Assembly (NCBI GenBank): GCA_963849325.1
Contig: CAWKHF010000004.1
Coordinates: 160,001 to 224,000, forward strand
Reading direction: 5' to 3'
From: an uncultured Planctomycetota bacterium
Lineage (GTDB): Bacteria > Planctomycetota > Planctomycetia > Gemmatales > Gemmataceae
DNA length: 64,000 nt
How positions within the stretch are numbered: position 1 is the stretch's first letter; each line of letters begins with the position of its first letter. A program made the position numbers and the translations under genes. Below the pieces are notes generated by a model. The model did not search any database. It saw nothing but the letters and a program-made list of their open reading frames with translations, and had not been told where the DNA came from. This document shows positions 34,530 to 44,872 of the stretch, one piece after another.

Positions 34530-35398
34530 TTAGCGGGGCAGCGGCCAACGCTAAGCCGCAAGCGGCTGGGGGATCCCGTCCGGGACAACTCAATCCGGCT
34601 GACGGAATCGAGCAGTTGAATGACGCGCGTCTCTCCCCGGCCCTCGCCGCGAAGCAGTTCCAGCAGCGCTTCCAGGCGCAGGAGGTCGAAGCCCGATCCC
34701 GCGTTCTCGGCTGGGCCCGCAGCGCCGGGAGTCTCCCGAGTTGGCGCGCCGCACACGACACGCAAACGAATGCCGGCGTTCCGCCGGCCGATCGGCGTGA
34801 GGGCCAGGGCCAAACCGAGACATTGAGTCCCCGCCGCGGGCCGGCCGGTCGCCTCGGGAGGCCGTTCCGGGTCCAGGCAGGTCAACACCACCCACACACC
34901 CGGCAACTTCTGTCCTTCGAGCATGGCGGCGGCTGCCAGCAGAACCTCGGCGGCGCCGCCCGGCCCACCGCCGACGCCGAAATTCGGGCCGTGGACCTTG
35001 AGGGCCTGGCTGACCGTGCCGGAAAGCGAGTGCAGCGAACGGTGAGGGATCAAATGAGGCGAAACGCCCCAGGCGCCTTCCGCCTGGAAGCGCTGAAGCG
35101 CCGCGGCCATCGCCGGCCGACCCAGGAAGCGCGGAGCGGCGACCACGCCCCAGTCGCGGAAGTCGGTCGCGTGCAAGCCCCAGCGATCGATGGCCTGGTA
35201 GACCGCCGCCAGACCGGCGACGGTTTGCTCGTCGGCGTGTTTGAGGAAGGACGCCGGCAGAGGTTCGCCGTGGATCGGACCCGGTTGACGGCGCAACTCG
35301 GTCAGGGACTCCAGCGCCACATGCACCGTCGCGTCCGCCGTCACGTCGCAGCAAACCGCGCCCTCGAGCGAGGAGGACTGTTCATGAACTGGCTTCAA
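34520..35398 (-). CDS. Ketosynthase N-terminal-like (chain-length-factor-like) protein lacking the catalytic Cys
   Basis: GVSPHLIPHRSLHSLSGTVSQALKVHGPNFGVGGG matches the KS vSP..ip....n......s......GP segment; directly upstream of FabF. Confidence 0.6.
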   Translation of the reverse strand: MKPVHEQSSSLEGAVCCDVTADATVHVALESLTELRRQPGPIHGEPLPASFLKHADEQTVAGLAAVYQAIDRWGLHATDFRDWGVVAAPRFLGRPAMAAALQRFQAEGAWGVSPHLIPHRSLHSLSGTVSQALKVHGPNFGVGGGPGGAAEVLLAAAAMLEGQKLPGVWVVLTCLDPERPPEATGRPAAGTQCLGLALALTPIGRRNAGIRLRVVCGAPTRETPGAAGPAENAGSGFDLLRLEALLELLRGEGRGETRVIQLLDSVSRIELSRTGSPSRLRLSVGRCPAKRH

Positions 35399-35728
35399 AC
35401 GGCACGAATCCTTTCGCTTCCCACTCCATCCTTGGAGTCCTCCGCCGGAACGCCGGGGCGGGGCGAACCACGTCGGGCAAGGCCTCCACTCCTTTACGGA
35501 GCAAGGACCACGGACGCCCCCGGAGAGGCAAAGTGCAGATGGTGGTACTCCAATTCGCCCAACCTGTCAACGCGAGATCGTGAGAACACCGGCCGTTCCC
35601 TGGAGTTATTATCGGCCGCGATCGCGCGCTACCTTTGCCGGCGACCGCTTCTTTTTTGCAATTCGCCGTCGCTCTCGGTAAGCTGGAGAAAGTTGTTTAC
35701 GGAGGCTCGCATGGCGAAAGTCACCCGT

Positions 35729-35815
35729 CCGAGCCGCGACCGTCCGGGAGCGGGAGAGCACCGCTCCCGGACGGTCGCGGCTCGGTAACACCGCTCCCGG
35801 ACAGTCGCGGCTCGG
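35729..35815. repeat. REP-like cluster (CCGAGCCGCGACCGTCCGGGAGCGG), one forward and two inverted copies
   Basis: Copies at 35729, 35761 and 35791. Confidence 0.88.
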
Positions 35816-35855
35816 TCCTTCCGATTCCATCCCCCATTTGACAGGATTCTCCCCG

Positions 35856-38800
35856 ATGTCCCGTATCCCCCGATCTCCCTTGGCGATCCTGGTCCTCACC
35901 CTGCTTATCGGCCGGACGAACGCCCAGGAACCGATCCGCCTCGCCCGCACCCCGGACATCTCTCCCGACGGCAAGCTCGTCGCCTTCAGCTACCTCGGCG
36001 ACATCTGGGTCGTCGAGACCATCGGCGGCACGGCCCGGGCCGGTCACCTCGCACCCCGCTCACGACATCTCCCCCGTCTTCAGCCCCGACGGCCACATGC
36101 TCGCCTTCAGCTCCAACCGCCACGGCAGCTACGACGTCTTCGTCGTGCCGGTCCAGGGCGGCCGGCCGCGCCGGCTGACCTTCGACTCGGCGACCGACAT
36201 GGTCTGCGGCTGGACGCCCGACGGCAAGAACATCCTGTTCGCCTCGACGCGCAGCACGACCTTCCCGCCCAGCTACGAGCTGTACACCGTGCCGGTCGAG
36301 GGCGGCATGACCCGGCGCATCACCGCCGCCGAGGGCAAGGAAGGCGTCTTCTCGCCCGACGGCGACCGGCTCGCCTACGTCCGCGGCCCCGGCACCTGGT
36401 ATCGCAAGGGCTATCGCGGCTCGTCCAACGACGACATCTGGATCTGCAACGCCGACGGCGGCCACAACCGCGCAGCTGACCGCCTTCAACGGCCAGGACA
36501 ACTCGCCCATGTGGGGCGCCGACGGCAAGACCTTCTACTACGTCAGCGAGATCCACGGCACCCCGGCCAACATCGTCCGCCTGACGCTGGACAGCGCCTC
36601 GGCGTCCCCCGGCGGCGGCAAGCCGGTCGTCAAGCCCGCAGCCGATCACCTTCCACAAGGACGACGGCGTCCGCCGGGCCCGCATCTGCGCCAACGGCGA
36701 GTGGATCGTCTACGAGTGCGGCGCCGACCTGTGGGTCGTCTCCACCCGCGAGGGCGACGCCGCGCAAGCTGGCCATCGAGGTCAACGCCGACGACAAGGC
36801 CAACCCGGAGCAGCTCCAGGTCTTCACCAGCGGCGCCACCGAGTTCGCCCTGTCCGCCGACGAGAAGTACATCGCCTTCGCCGTCCACGGCGAGCTGTTC
36901 CGCATGAGCGTCGGCCCGAACGCCAAGGCAGTGCAGCTGACCGACGGCCCGTCCAACGACCACGGCGCCGCCTGGGCGCCGGACGGCTCCAAGATCATCT
37001 TCGTCTCCGACCGCAACGGCCACGAGGACCTGTACCTGCTCGAGGCCGACGATCCGGAGCACCCCAAGCTGACCGAGGCCCACCAGTTCAAGGTCACGCA
37101 GCTGACCAACACGCCGGAGGCGGAGATCGGCGTCAGCTTCTCGCCCGAACGGCAAGCGCGTCGCCTTCCTCCGCGCCGGCAAGCTGTGGACCATGAACCC
37201 CGACGGCAGCGATGCCAAGGTGGTCGTCGCCGACGTTCAGGTCTTCGACTACGAATGGTCGCCGGACGGCAAGTGGATCGTCTACGCCCGCCGCGACGGC
37301 TCCTTCGCCAGCGAGCTGTACATCGTCCCCTCCAGCGGCGCCGACGGCCGACAACCCGGCCCGCAACGTCACCCGCTACGCCACCTACAACGGCGACGTG
37401 ACCTGGAGCCACGACGGCAAGAAGATCGCCTTCCTGAGCGAGCGGCGCGGGCCGGCGAACCTGTACGTGCTGTCGCTGCAGAAGCCGCCCGCTCCCGGTT
37501 ACACGGAGCGGCGCTTCCTGGGCGGCACGAGCGTGTCGATCGACTGGGACGACATCCACTGCGCGCCCAGCCGGCCGCGCCCGTGGCGGCGCTGACCGCG
37601 GCCATCTCGCCCGACGGCACCAAGGTCGCCTTCCGCGACGCCAAGGAGCACGACCTGTGGGTGGCCAGCACCAACGGCGGACACCTCACGCGCCTGACCA
37701 CCGGCCACGTCGGGCCGCCGCAGATCACCTGGTCGAAGCCGCGCAGCGCCCTCGGCTCCGCGACCGGCGGCGACCTCCTCTATTTCCTGGACGAGTCCGG
37801 TTCCATCCACCTGGCCCGTGCCTCGGGCAGTGCCGGTCCCTCCGCTGCCCTTCCGCATCAAGATGAGCATCCGCAACGAGGAGTTTACACCGAGATGTTC
37901 GACCAGAGCTGGCGCTACCTCGGCCGAGAACTTCTACGACGCCACGTTCCACGGCCACGACTGGAACGCCGTCCGGGCCAAGTATCGCCCGCTGGTCAAG
38001 CACGTCGGCCATGAAGGAAGACCTGTATTCGCTGCTCTACCTGATGATGGGCGAGCTGAACGCCTCGCACCTGGGCATCACCGGCTACAGCACCGCTCCG
38101 GACGAGGAGACGGCCGACCTGGGCCTGCTCTTCGACGAAGCCTACCGCGGCCGGGGTCTGAAGATCGCCGAGGTCCTCAAGCGCGGCCCGGCCGACCGGC
38201 GCGGCCTGAGCCTCAAGCCCGGCGAATTCGTCCTCGCCATCGACGGCGCCGAGGTGACGGAGACGACCGACCTGAGCCAGCTGCTCAACGGCAAGGTCGG
38301 CGAGACGGTCGCGCTGCAGGTGTCGGCCAACCGGCGGCCGGTCCCAAGGAGCGCCGCCGTCGTCGAGATCCCGGCCGTCAGCCGGCAACCAGGTCGGCCC
38401 ACTGATGTACGACCGCTGGGTCGAGCGCAACGCCCGCCGCGTCGCCGAGATCAGCAAGGGCAAGCTCGGCTACATCCACATCCCCAGCATGGACGAGGCG
38501 GGCCTGGACCGCTTCGTCCGCTCGCTGTACTCGGACAACTTCGACAAGGAAGCGATCGTCCTGGACGTCCGTTACAACGGCGGCGGCTTCACGCACGATC
38601 AGGTCCTCAACTACCTCGGCAGCCGCGAGCACACCGTCTTCCAGCAGCGCGACGGCGGCCAGGGACTGGTGCTGCGTTCGTACGACCGCAAGTGGAACAA
38701 GCCGCTGGTCCTGCTCATCAACAACCGCTCCTACAGCGACGCCGAGATCTTCCCCAACGCCTTCCGCACGCTGGGCCTGGGCAAGCTGGTCGGCCAGCCG

Positions 38801-39104
38801 ACCGGCGGCTTCGTCATCGGCACCGGCTCAGTGCGGCTGATCGACGGCTCGATCTTCCGCATTCCCGCGCATCGGCGTCTACACGACCAAGGGCGTGAAC
38901 ATGGAGAAGGAAGGCGTCAAGCCCGACGTCCTGGTCGACGACCACCCCGACCAGCTCGCCAAGGGCATCGACGCCCAGCTCGACAAGGCCGTCGAGGTGC
39001 TGCAAGGCGAAGTCATCGTCTGGAAGAAGAAGAACGAGGCGAGCGTGGTCAGCAAACCCGGCGACAGTGGCCCGGTAACGCCGGTAGTTCCTCCCCCTAA
39101 GTAG
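35856..39104 (+). CDS. Tricorn-like S41 protease (PD40 propellers, PDZ, S41 domain), many frameshifts
   Basis: SPDGKLVAFSYLGDIW repeats, GELNASHLG, GYIHIPSM, DVRYNGGG, SYSDAEIF, EKEGVKPD. Confidence 0.88.
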
Positions 39105-39118
39105 GGAACGGATTTTGA

Positions 39119-39173
39119 TCCGAGCCTGAAGCGTAAGCGAAGAAATGTCTCTTCGCTTACGCTTCAGCTCGGA
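39119..39173. repeat. REP-like palindrome / possible terminator
   Basis: TCCGAGCCTGAAGCGTAAGCGAAGA ... TCTTCGCTTACGCTTCAGCTCGGA just after the protease stop. Confidence 0.75.
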
Positions 39174-39455
39174 GGAGTTGAGGAGTTGAGATTCCCGACT
39201 TTCCCTTTGCCCTTTGGGGTCGGCAGCCATAAACTTGTCATGCATCCTTTTGCCGCGCTCCGCCCGTTCGTCGGTGGAGGATGTAACGGAAATAGCTGAG
39301 GCAGGGACAGGAAAAAGGCCATAGCCGGACAGGTCCGTCCAGGATCCTCTCGCGCCGTCGGCTTGCCGATGGCGCGAGGGATACTCGGCTTGGCAGGGAC
39401 GCGCCCGTGTGTCCGTCACCCTGATCAGCCAGGTGTCCAGCCACGAGGTACGCAC

Positions 39456-40149
39456 ATGAGCAACTCTCTGCTCGTCGAATACTTCAGTCAGGTCCCGGAA
39501 GGCCGCTCTGACGCCAAGCCACGGATGACGCGCAAGGAGGCCATCGAGGTCTTCAAGCATCGGGTCGCCGAGCGCTACAACGAAGGCACGCTGATACGCA
39601 TTCTGGAGCACGGCGATAGCGCCGCCCGCCGCGCCGCCCTCCTTGCCTTGGGATTACTGGGCACGCCGGACGTTTGTTCGGCCGTTGCGGCCCGCCTGCG
39701 CGATGAGGACCGCGACGTCGCCCAGATGGCGGCCGATACCCTGTGGACGCTGTGGTTTCGCGGCGACAGCCCCGCCAACAACGAGGAGCTGCAGCGACTG
39801 GCCCGCGTCCGCGATCGCCACAAGGCGCTGGCCGGACTCGATGCGCTCATTCTGCGGGCGCCCGAGTTCGCCGAGGCATACAATCAGCGCGCCATCGTCT
39901 ACTTTCCGGCTCAAGCAGTTCGAGCGCTCCGTCGCCGACTGCGAGAAAGTGCTGGCGTTGAACCCGCATCACTTCGGCGCCCAGGCCGGTCTGGGTCAGT
40001 GTTACTTGCAGATGCGCAAGCACCGAGCGGCGCTCAAGGCGTTCCGCAACGCCCTGCGCATCAACCCCCAGATGGACGGCGTCGCCGAGACCATCCGCGC
40101 CCTGGAGAACGCCCTCGGCGAAGAAGGACGCCGCGACGACAAGAAGTGA
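39456..40149 (+). CDS. HEAT-repeat + TPR protein; frameshift near 39905
   Basis: ARRAALLALGLLG HEAT unit; PEFAEAYNQRA and NPHHFGAQAGLG TPR units. Confidence 0.82.
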
Positions 40150-40155
40150 GACCAC

Positions 40156-40222
40156 CCCGGCGAGCGGGGGGCGTAAGCCCCCTGTTGCGCGCAACAGGGG
40201 CTTACGCCCCCCGCTCGCCGGG
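40156..40222. repeat. REP-like palindrome family C (GGCGAGCGGGGGGCGTAAGCCCCCTG)
   Basis: ~32-bp IR between convergent genes; each arm has an internal hairpin. Confidence 0.85.
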
Positions 40223-40235
40223 CCGCGAAACCTTT

Positions 40236-40685
40236 TCACGCCACCACCGGGCCTGCCTCGATGACCAGGCTTCCCGGATGGCAGCGCACGGCCGTCAGGT
40301 GGATCCGCAGACGTAGCTTCTGGACCGCCGTGTGTTTGGCCAGATCGACGTGAATGGATTCGTCCTCGATGCGGATGCCCGGTTCCTGGGCCGTCATGTC
40401 TCGAAGGGTCTTCAGCAGGACGCCGCGCAACATCCCGGCGGGGAGACCGGACACCTTGATCGACGCCAGACGCGCCTCCACCGCGCTGCCGGCGCCCTTC
40501 ACCTCCCACAAGGTCTCGAAAGCCATCTTCATGAACAGGGCCGAGTATTCGCCGAGGATGACGATCCCTTCGGGCGTCAGCCGGACGCGAAGATCCTCAA
40601 CCGAGCTGCCGCTGGGCGTGAACTCTGTCAACAGGTCGTTGATTTCCGCGTCGGTGATCGATAATTTCAGTGAGTGAATTTCCAT
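40236..40685 (-). CDS. Hypothetical protein
   Basis: Host-like codon usage, GAGG RBS, operonic position. Confidence 0.7.
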   Translation of the reverse strand: MEIHSLKLSITDAEINDLLTEFTPSGSSVEDLRVRLTPEGIVILGEYSALFMKMAFETLWEVKGAGSAVEARLASIKVSGLPAGMLRGVLLKTLRDMTAQEPGIRIEDESIHVDLAKHTAVQKLRLRIHLTAVRCHPGSLVIEAGPVVA

Positions 40686-40692
40686 CCCCGCC

Positions 40693-41438
40693 TCATCCCT
40701 CCCCATCGGACACGGCCGCGAACGTCACTTCCGCTTCGCTGGTGTACCAGACGGTAGCTCCGTTCACCAGATCGACTTTGACGATCGGGCCACGAAAGGC
40801 GCCGTCCGGATCGCGCCCTTTTCCACGTCCAGTTCGGGCACAACGATCTCAAACGGTTGTCCCTCGGTTGTCGCCCGGATTAATTGATAGGCGGCCACCG
40901 AGCGATCCAGGACGACGTATAGTTCCAGCGGTCCCTCGGCTGTGCCGACGACCTCGCCGCACACGCGCAGCTCTCCGCGGTCTCCAGTCAAGATAGCGGA
41001 GCGGCGCAGGCCGCGCAAGAATGCGGCGCAGCGCACCTCCAGGGCCACCTCGCCCCACAAGCCGCCCTGCTCCGCCGTCCCTTCCACGTCCACGACCAGC
41101 TCGTTGCGTGCGTGCAGCAACGGCGTCACCTCGAACTCGAACGGCCGGGCCGGCTCCTCGTGGTGTCCGAGCAAGTGGTCATTCAACCGAACCTCCGCCT
41201 GTCCGGCGACGCCCTCGAACGTCAGCCACACGCGCTCATGAGCGTCGATGCGTCCGGGATAGCCAAAGCGACGACGGAAGCGAACGCGGCCGGCGAAGCC
41301 GGGCAGTCCGGCCTCGCCCCAGCGACAGGGCATCGTCATCCGGCACGGCGAAGGCAGCGACTCGCTCTCGTTCCGGTCGCGTCGGGCCAGAGGCTCACAC
41401 TCCCACGGTCCACGCAAACGAATGCGGTGCGGGTACAT
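40693..41438 (-). CDS. Glycoside hydrolase family 2 sugar-binding-domain protein; probable frameshift near 40820
   Basis: IRLRGPW, RFRRRF, LTFEGV...VRLN...FEFEVTPLL...NELVVDV...GGLWGEVAL. Confidence 0.7.
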
Positions 41439-41447
41439 GACGCTTTC

Positions 41448-42779
41448 TCAGGTCCGCGCTTGCAGTTTCAACCAGATGGGGCGATCTGGTTGCAGGGTCA
41501 ATTGCGGGCGCGGCAGGACGGGCGGGCCGGGCGGGCGGGTGAAACGGAAGCGCTGGGCGATGGTGGCCAGCACCAGGGACAGCTCCATCAGGGCGAAATT
41601 GTTGCCGATGCACAACCGCTGTCCGCCGCCGAAGGGGAAGTAGGCGTAGCGCGGCAGGCGGCGGGCCAGGCCATCCGCCCACCGAGATGGATAAAAACGC
41701 TCCGGTTCCTCGAAAAAGCGCGGGTCACGATGGACCACCCACTGGCTCATGAGGACCGTGGCGCCTGCCGGGATCGTGAAACCGTCGATCGTGCAGGGCT
41801 GGATGGCCTGCCGGCCGATGGCGTAGGCGGGCGGATACAGGCGCATCACCTCCTGCACTACTCTGTCGGTATAAGGCAGATGCGGCAGGTCGGCGGCCGT
41901 CGGCGCGCGGCCGCCCATCACTTGCCGCAGCTCCGCCTCCAAGGACTCGACCACTTCCGGATGCTGCGCCAGCAGATACCAACACCAGGACAGGGCCAGC
42001 GCCGTCGTCTCGTGCCCGGCCAAAAACAAGGTCATGGCCTCGTCGCGCAGCTGCTGGTCGCTCATGCCGGTGCCGTCGCTCTCGTGGCGGGCGTGCAGCA
42101 GGATCGACAGCAGGTCGTTCTGTTCGCCCTCGGCGCGGCGCTGGTTAATCAGCCCGTACAGGATCGCGTTGAGACGGCCGACGGCGCGGCGGATGCGCAG
42201 GTTGCCGGGCGTCGGCACGCGCTCCGGGATGCGGAGGACTCGGAAGAAACGCTGGCTGAAGGTGCCCATCGCGTCATGCAGGGCGCGGCCCACCTCCTCG
42301 GATTGGCCGGTCACGTCGGCGCCGAACAGCGTCTTGGCGGCGATGGCCAGCGTCAGCCGGCGCATCTCGGTGTGCAGGTCGCGCACCTCACCGTCGCGCC
42401 ACGCGGCGATTTGCTTCTGCGCGAACGCCACCATGTCCGGAGCGTAGGAGGTAATGCGCTCGCGCTGGAACACCGGCTGAATCAAGCGCCGCTGCTTCAG
42501 CCAGAAATCGCCTTCGCTCGTCAACAGGCCGTTGCCCAACAGCAGCCGATTCATGCGCAGGGCGTAGTGTTTCGTGAAGTTTCGGCTGTGCAGGATCTGC
42601 TCGATGAGGTCGGGATGGTTGACGAAAAAGATCCGCTTCAGTCCAAAGCGCAGGGTGACGCAATCGCCCCAGTCGCGGGCGCTGCGCAGGTAGAAGCCGA
42701 GCAGATCGCGGCGCATCTCGGGCAGATGGCCGCTGAGGAAATGCCCCTTGGGGCCGGGCGGAATGGGCACTTTTCCCAT
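41448..42779 (-). CDS. Cytochrome P450
   Basis: AGHETT, EVMR (ExxR), PERF, FGGGQRLCIG heme-Cys motif. Confidence 0.96.
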   Translation of the reverse strand: MGKVPIPPGPKGHFLSGHLPEMRRDLLGFYLRSARDWGDCVTLRFGLKRIFFVNHPDLIEQILHSRNFTKHYALRMNRLLLGNGLLTSEGDFWLKQRRLIQPVFQRERITSYAPDMVAFAQKQIAAWRDGEVRDLHTEMRRLTLAIAAKTLFGADVTGQSEEVGRALHDAMGTFSQRFFRVLRIPERVPTPGNLRIRRAVGRLNAILYGLINQRRAEGEQNDLLSILLHARHESDGTGMSDQQLRDEAMTLFLAGHETTALALSWCWYLLAQHPEVVESLEAELRQVMGGRAPTAADLPHLPYTDRVVQEVMRLYPPAYAIGRQAIQPCTIDGFTIPAGATVLMSQWVVHRDPRFFEEPERFYPSRWADGLARRLPRYAYFPFGGGQRLCIGNNFALMELSLVLATIAQRFRFTRPPGPPVLPRPQLTLQPDRPIWLKLQART

Positions 42780-42821
42780 GTCAGGAGCACCTTCCGGAAG
42801 GGTGAATCGTTCTCATGCGGA

Positions 42822-43564
42822 TCACGATTCACGATCCTTGTCCATGTCGTGAAGCAAGTGCGAGTAATCCGCATAGGGTGTCTCGTCGGGCGGACCCTGG
42901 GCGTGGAGATAGGTGCTGTCCGCCAAAGCGCCGCGCAGGGCGACGAGGGAGCTGGAAACGGTCCCCCGGTCGCCGGCGCGGAAGCACATCGGCGGATCTT
43001 CCGGTTCGTGCTGCGCACACAACTGCCGCAGCGCTCGCACGCACTCTTCGCCGTGGAGTAGCGTTGTCGGTTGAGCCAGTCCAGCGCGTGCTGGAGCCGG
43101 GCATCACTGGCATCATTGATGTCGCGGTTGGTCAACACGTGCAGTCCCGGCGGCAGCGGACGGACGCGCAGCCAATCGCCGGAGTGGATCACGACGGCCC
43201 GTCCGGCGTCGGCACAAAGGAAGTTGCAGCCCGCATAATCGTTCGATTCCAGGGCGCGGATGGCATGATCCATCGCCGCCTCGGCCGAGCGACACATCAG
43301 CAGCTCGCGGGCCAGCAGACCTCGGCTGCGCGGTCGGGACGGCGGTTCCGACTTGGGCCGGTTGGTGACGGCCACGAGCACACGATTCGCGTTGACGCCG
43401 AACCACGTTCCGCCGGCCAGCGGATCGAGGCCGGCCACGGCACGGATGGATCCATCCAGCAGGCGAGGCGGTTCGCCGCCGCGACGGTAGTATTCTTCTC
43501 GATTGGCCCCGGCGACCACGGCCGCATCCTCGACCACGCGGAAGAACAAGGCCAGCAGACACAT
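42822..43564 (-). CDS. NRDE/TANGO2-family protein; frameshift near 43045
   Basis: N-terminal MCL, ANREEYYRR, GGTWFGVN, VTNR, SRGLL, GTVSSS. Confidence 0.88.
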
Positions 43565-43627
43565 CCCCGCCTCCTCCCGTTGCGGCACAGCTGCGAAAAA
43601 AAGGGTCCCTCCCGCTCTCCGCCTCTC

Positions 43628-43681
43628 GTTTAGCCGCGACGCGCAGCGGAGCGCGCGTTCCGCTGCGCGTCGCGGCTAAAC
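43628..43681. repeat. REP-like palindrome family A
   Basis: GTTTAGCCGCGACGCGCAGCGGA ... TCCGCTGCGCGTCGCGGCTAAAC. Confidence 0.9.
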
Positions 43682-43744
43682 GGGTCGGAAAGGGAGGATC
43701 CCTTGTTTCCATTCTACGCAACGGGCATCTATTGCGCCTCTTTC

Positions 43745-44716
43745 TCACGCACTCTTGCGCACGGGTTCCGGTGTGCGGGGGGCCTGGCGGAGATGTCCCA
43801 GCGAGATCGTCCGCGGCGCCTGGTCGAGCAGGGCGTCGATGGCCTGCAAGCGCGGCAGCAAACCCCGGCCGTTGGCGATCTGAATGGCCAGCCCCGGCCG
43901 CGCGTTCGCCTCCAGGAGCATCGGCCCGGCGTTTTCGTCCACGACGATATCGACGCCGATGTATCCCAGGCCGACTGCCCGAGCCACGCGGCGCGACATA
44001 TCCAATACGTCGGCCCAGTACGGCACCCTCATGCCGACGACGGGCCGTCCCGTGTCGGGATGATGCTCGATGAAGCGATTGCGCTGAACGGCATGATGCG
44101 TGACGCCGGTTTCCAGATCGACGCCGGTGCCGATGCCGCCCTGATGCAGGTTGGCCCGGCCGTTGGACGCCCGGGTCGGCAGACGAAGCATGGCCATCGC
44201 CGGTTCGTTGCGATAGAGGATCACGCGCATGTCGGGGATGCCCTTGTACGTGACGGTCTCGAACGCCCGGTGCAAGCGGATACGCTGCTGCACGATGGCT
44301 GTATCGGGCTGGCCGCCCAGGGAATACATGCCCGAGAGGATGTCGGACAGGTGCTGGCGCAGAGCGTCGAGCCGCAGCTTTTCGCCGTTGTGACGCAGAT
44401 ACGCGCCTCCCTCGCGGCCGACCACGACGAGCACGCCGCGGCCGGCGGAGCCGCGGTTGGGCTTGATGACGAAGTCGTCGCGCTCGCCGAGCAACTCGGG
44501 CAGGCGGCGCAGCATCGAATACGACGAGACCTCGGCATAGACCTCGGGCGTGGGCACGTCGATGCGACGGCACAGTTTCGCCAGGCGCAGCTTGTCATCG
44601 ACGAGGGGGAACAAGGAGCGCGGGTTGTGATCGAGGATACAGGCCGCGTTCCGGCGATTCATGCCCAGGATCCCCAACTCGCGCAACCGCCGAGCCGCCT
44701 TGAACAACCACAACAT
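43745..44716 (-). CDS. Alpha-L-glutamate ligase-like ATP-grasp protein (RimK-related)
   Basis: GILGMNRRN, PLVDDKL, FVIKP, ANLHQGGIG, LEANARPGLAIQIAN. Confidence 0.92.
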   Translation of the reverse strand: MLWLFKAARRLRELGILGMNRRNAACILDHNPRSLFPLVDDKLRLAKLCRRIDVPTPEVYAEVSSYSMLRRLPELLGERDDFVIKPNRGSAGRGVLVVVGREGGAYLRHNGEKLRLDALRQHLSDILSGMYSLGGQPDTAIVQQRIRLHRAFETVTYKGIPDMRVILYRNEPAMAMLRLPTRASNGRANLHQGGIGTGVDLETGVTHHAVQRNRFIEHHPDTGRPVVGMRVPYWADVLDMSRRVARAVGLGYIGVDIVVDENAGPMLLEANARPGLAIQIANGRGLLPRLQAIDALLDQAPRTISLGHLRQAPRTPEPVRKSA

Positions 44717-44733
44717 GCCCTACCTCCAAAATA

Positions 44734-44868
44734 ATTCACCACGGAAAACACGGAAGACACGGAAAAAATGACAAAAAGAAAGAGGGAAGGGAGTGGTCGC
44801 GTCTCCGATTGCTTATTCTCTTCTTCTTTTGTCTTTTTTCCGTGTCTTCCGTGTTTTCCGTGGTGAAT
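44734..44868. repeat. Nonamer-based palindromic element with perfect 35-bp arms
   Basis: ATTCACCACGGAAAACACGGAAGACACGGAAAAAA ... exact reverse complement. Confidence 0.9.
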
Positions 44869-44872
44869 GAAT

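Noticed and set aside
35729-35815. Three 25-bp repeats as a mini-CRISPR
   Set aside because: Mixed orientation and 5-7-nt spacers indicate a REP cluster
35856-39104. Heavily frameshifted tricorn protease (and glgC, pepT, lhr, kinases) as pseudogenes or programmed frameshifting
   Set aside because: The lesions I traced are 1-2 nt indels at homopolymers or CG runs, with motifs intact, across many unrelated genes; this fits long-read consensus error. Short-read polishing would settle it.
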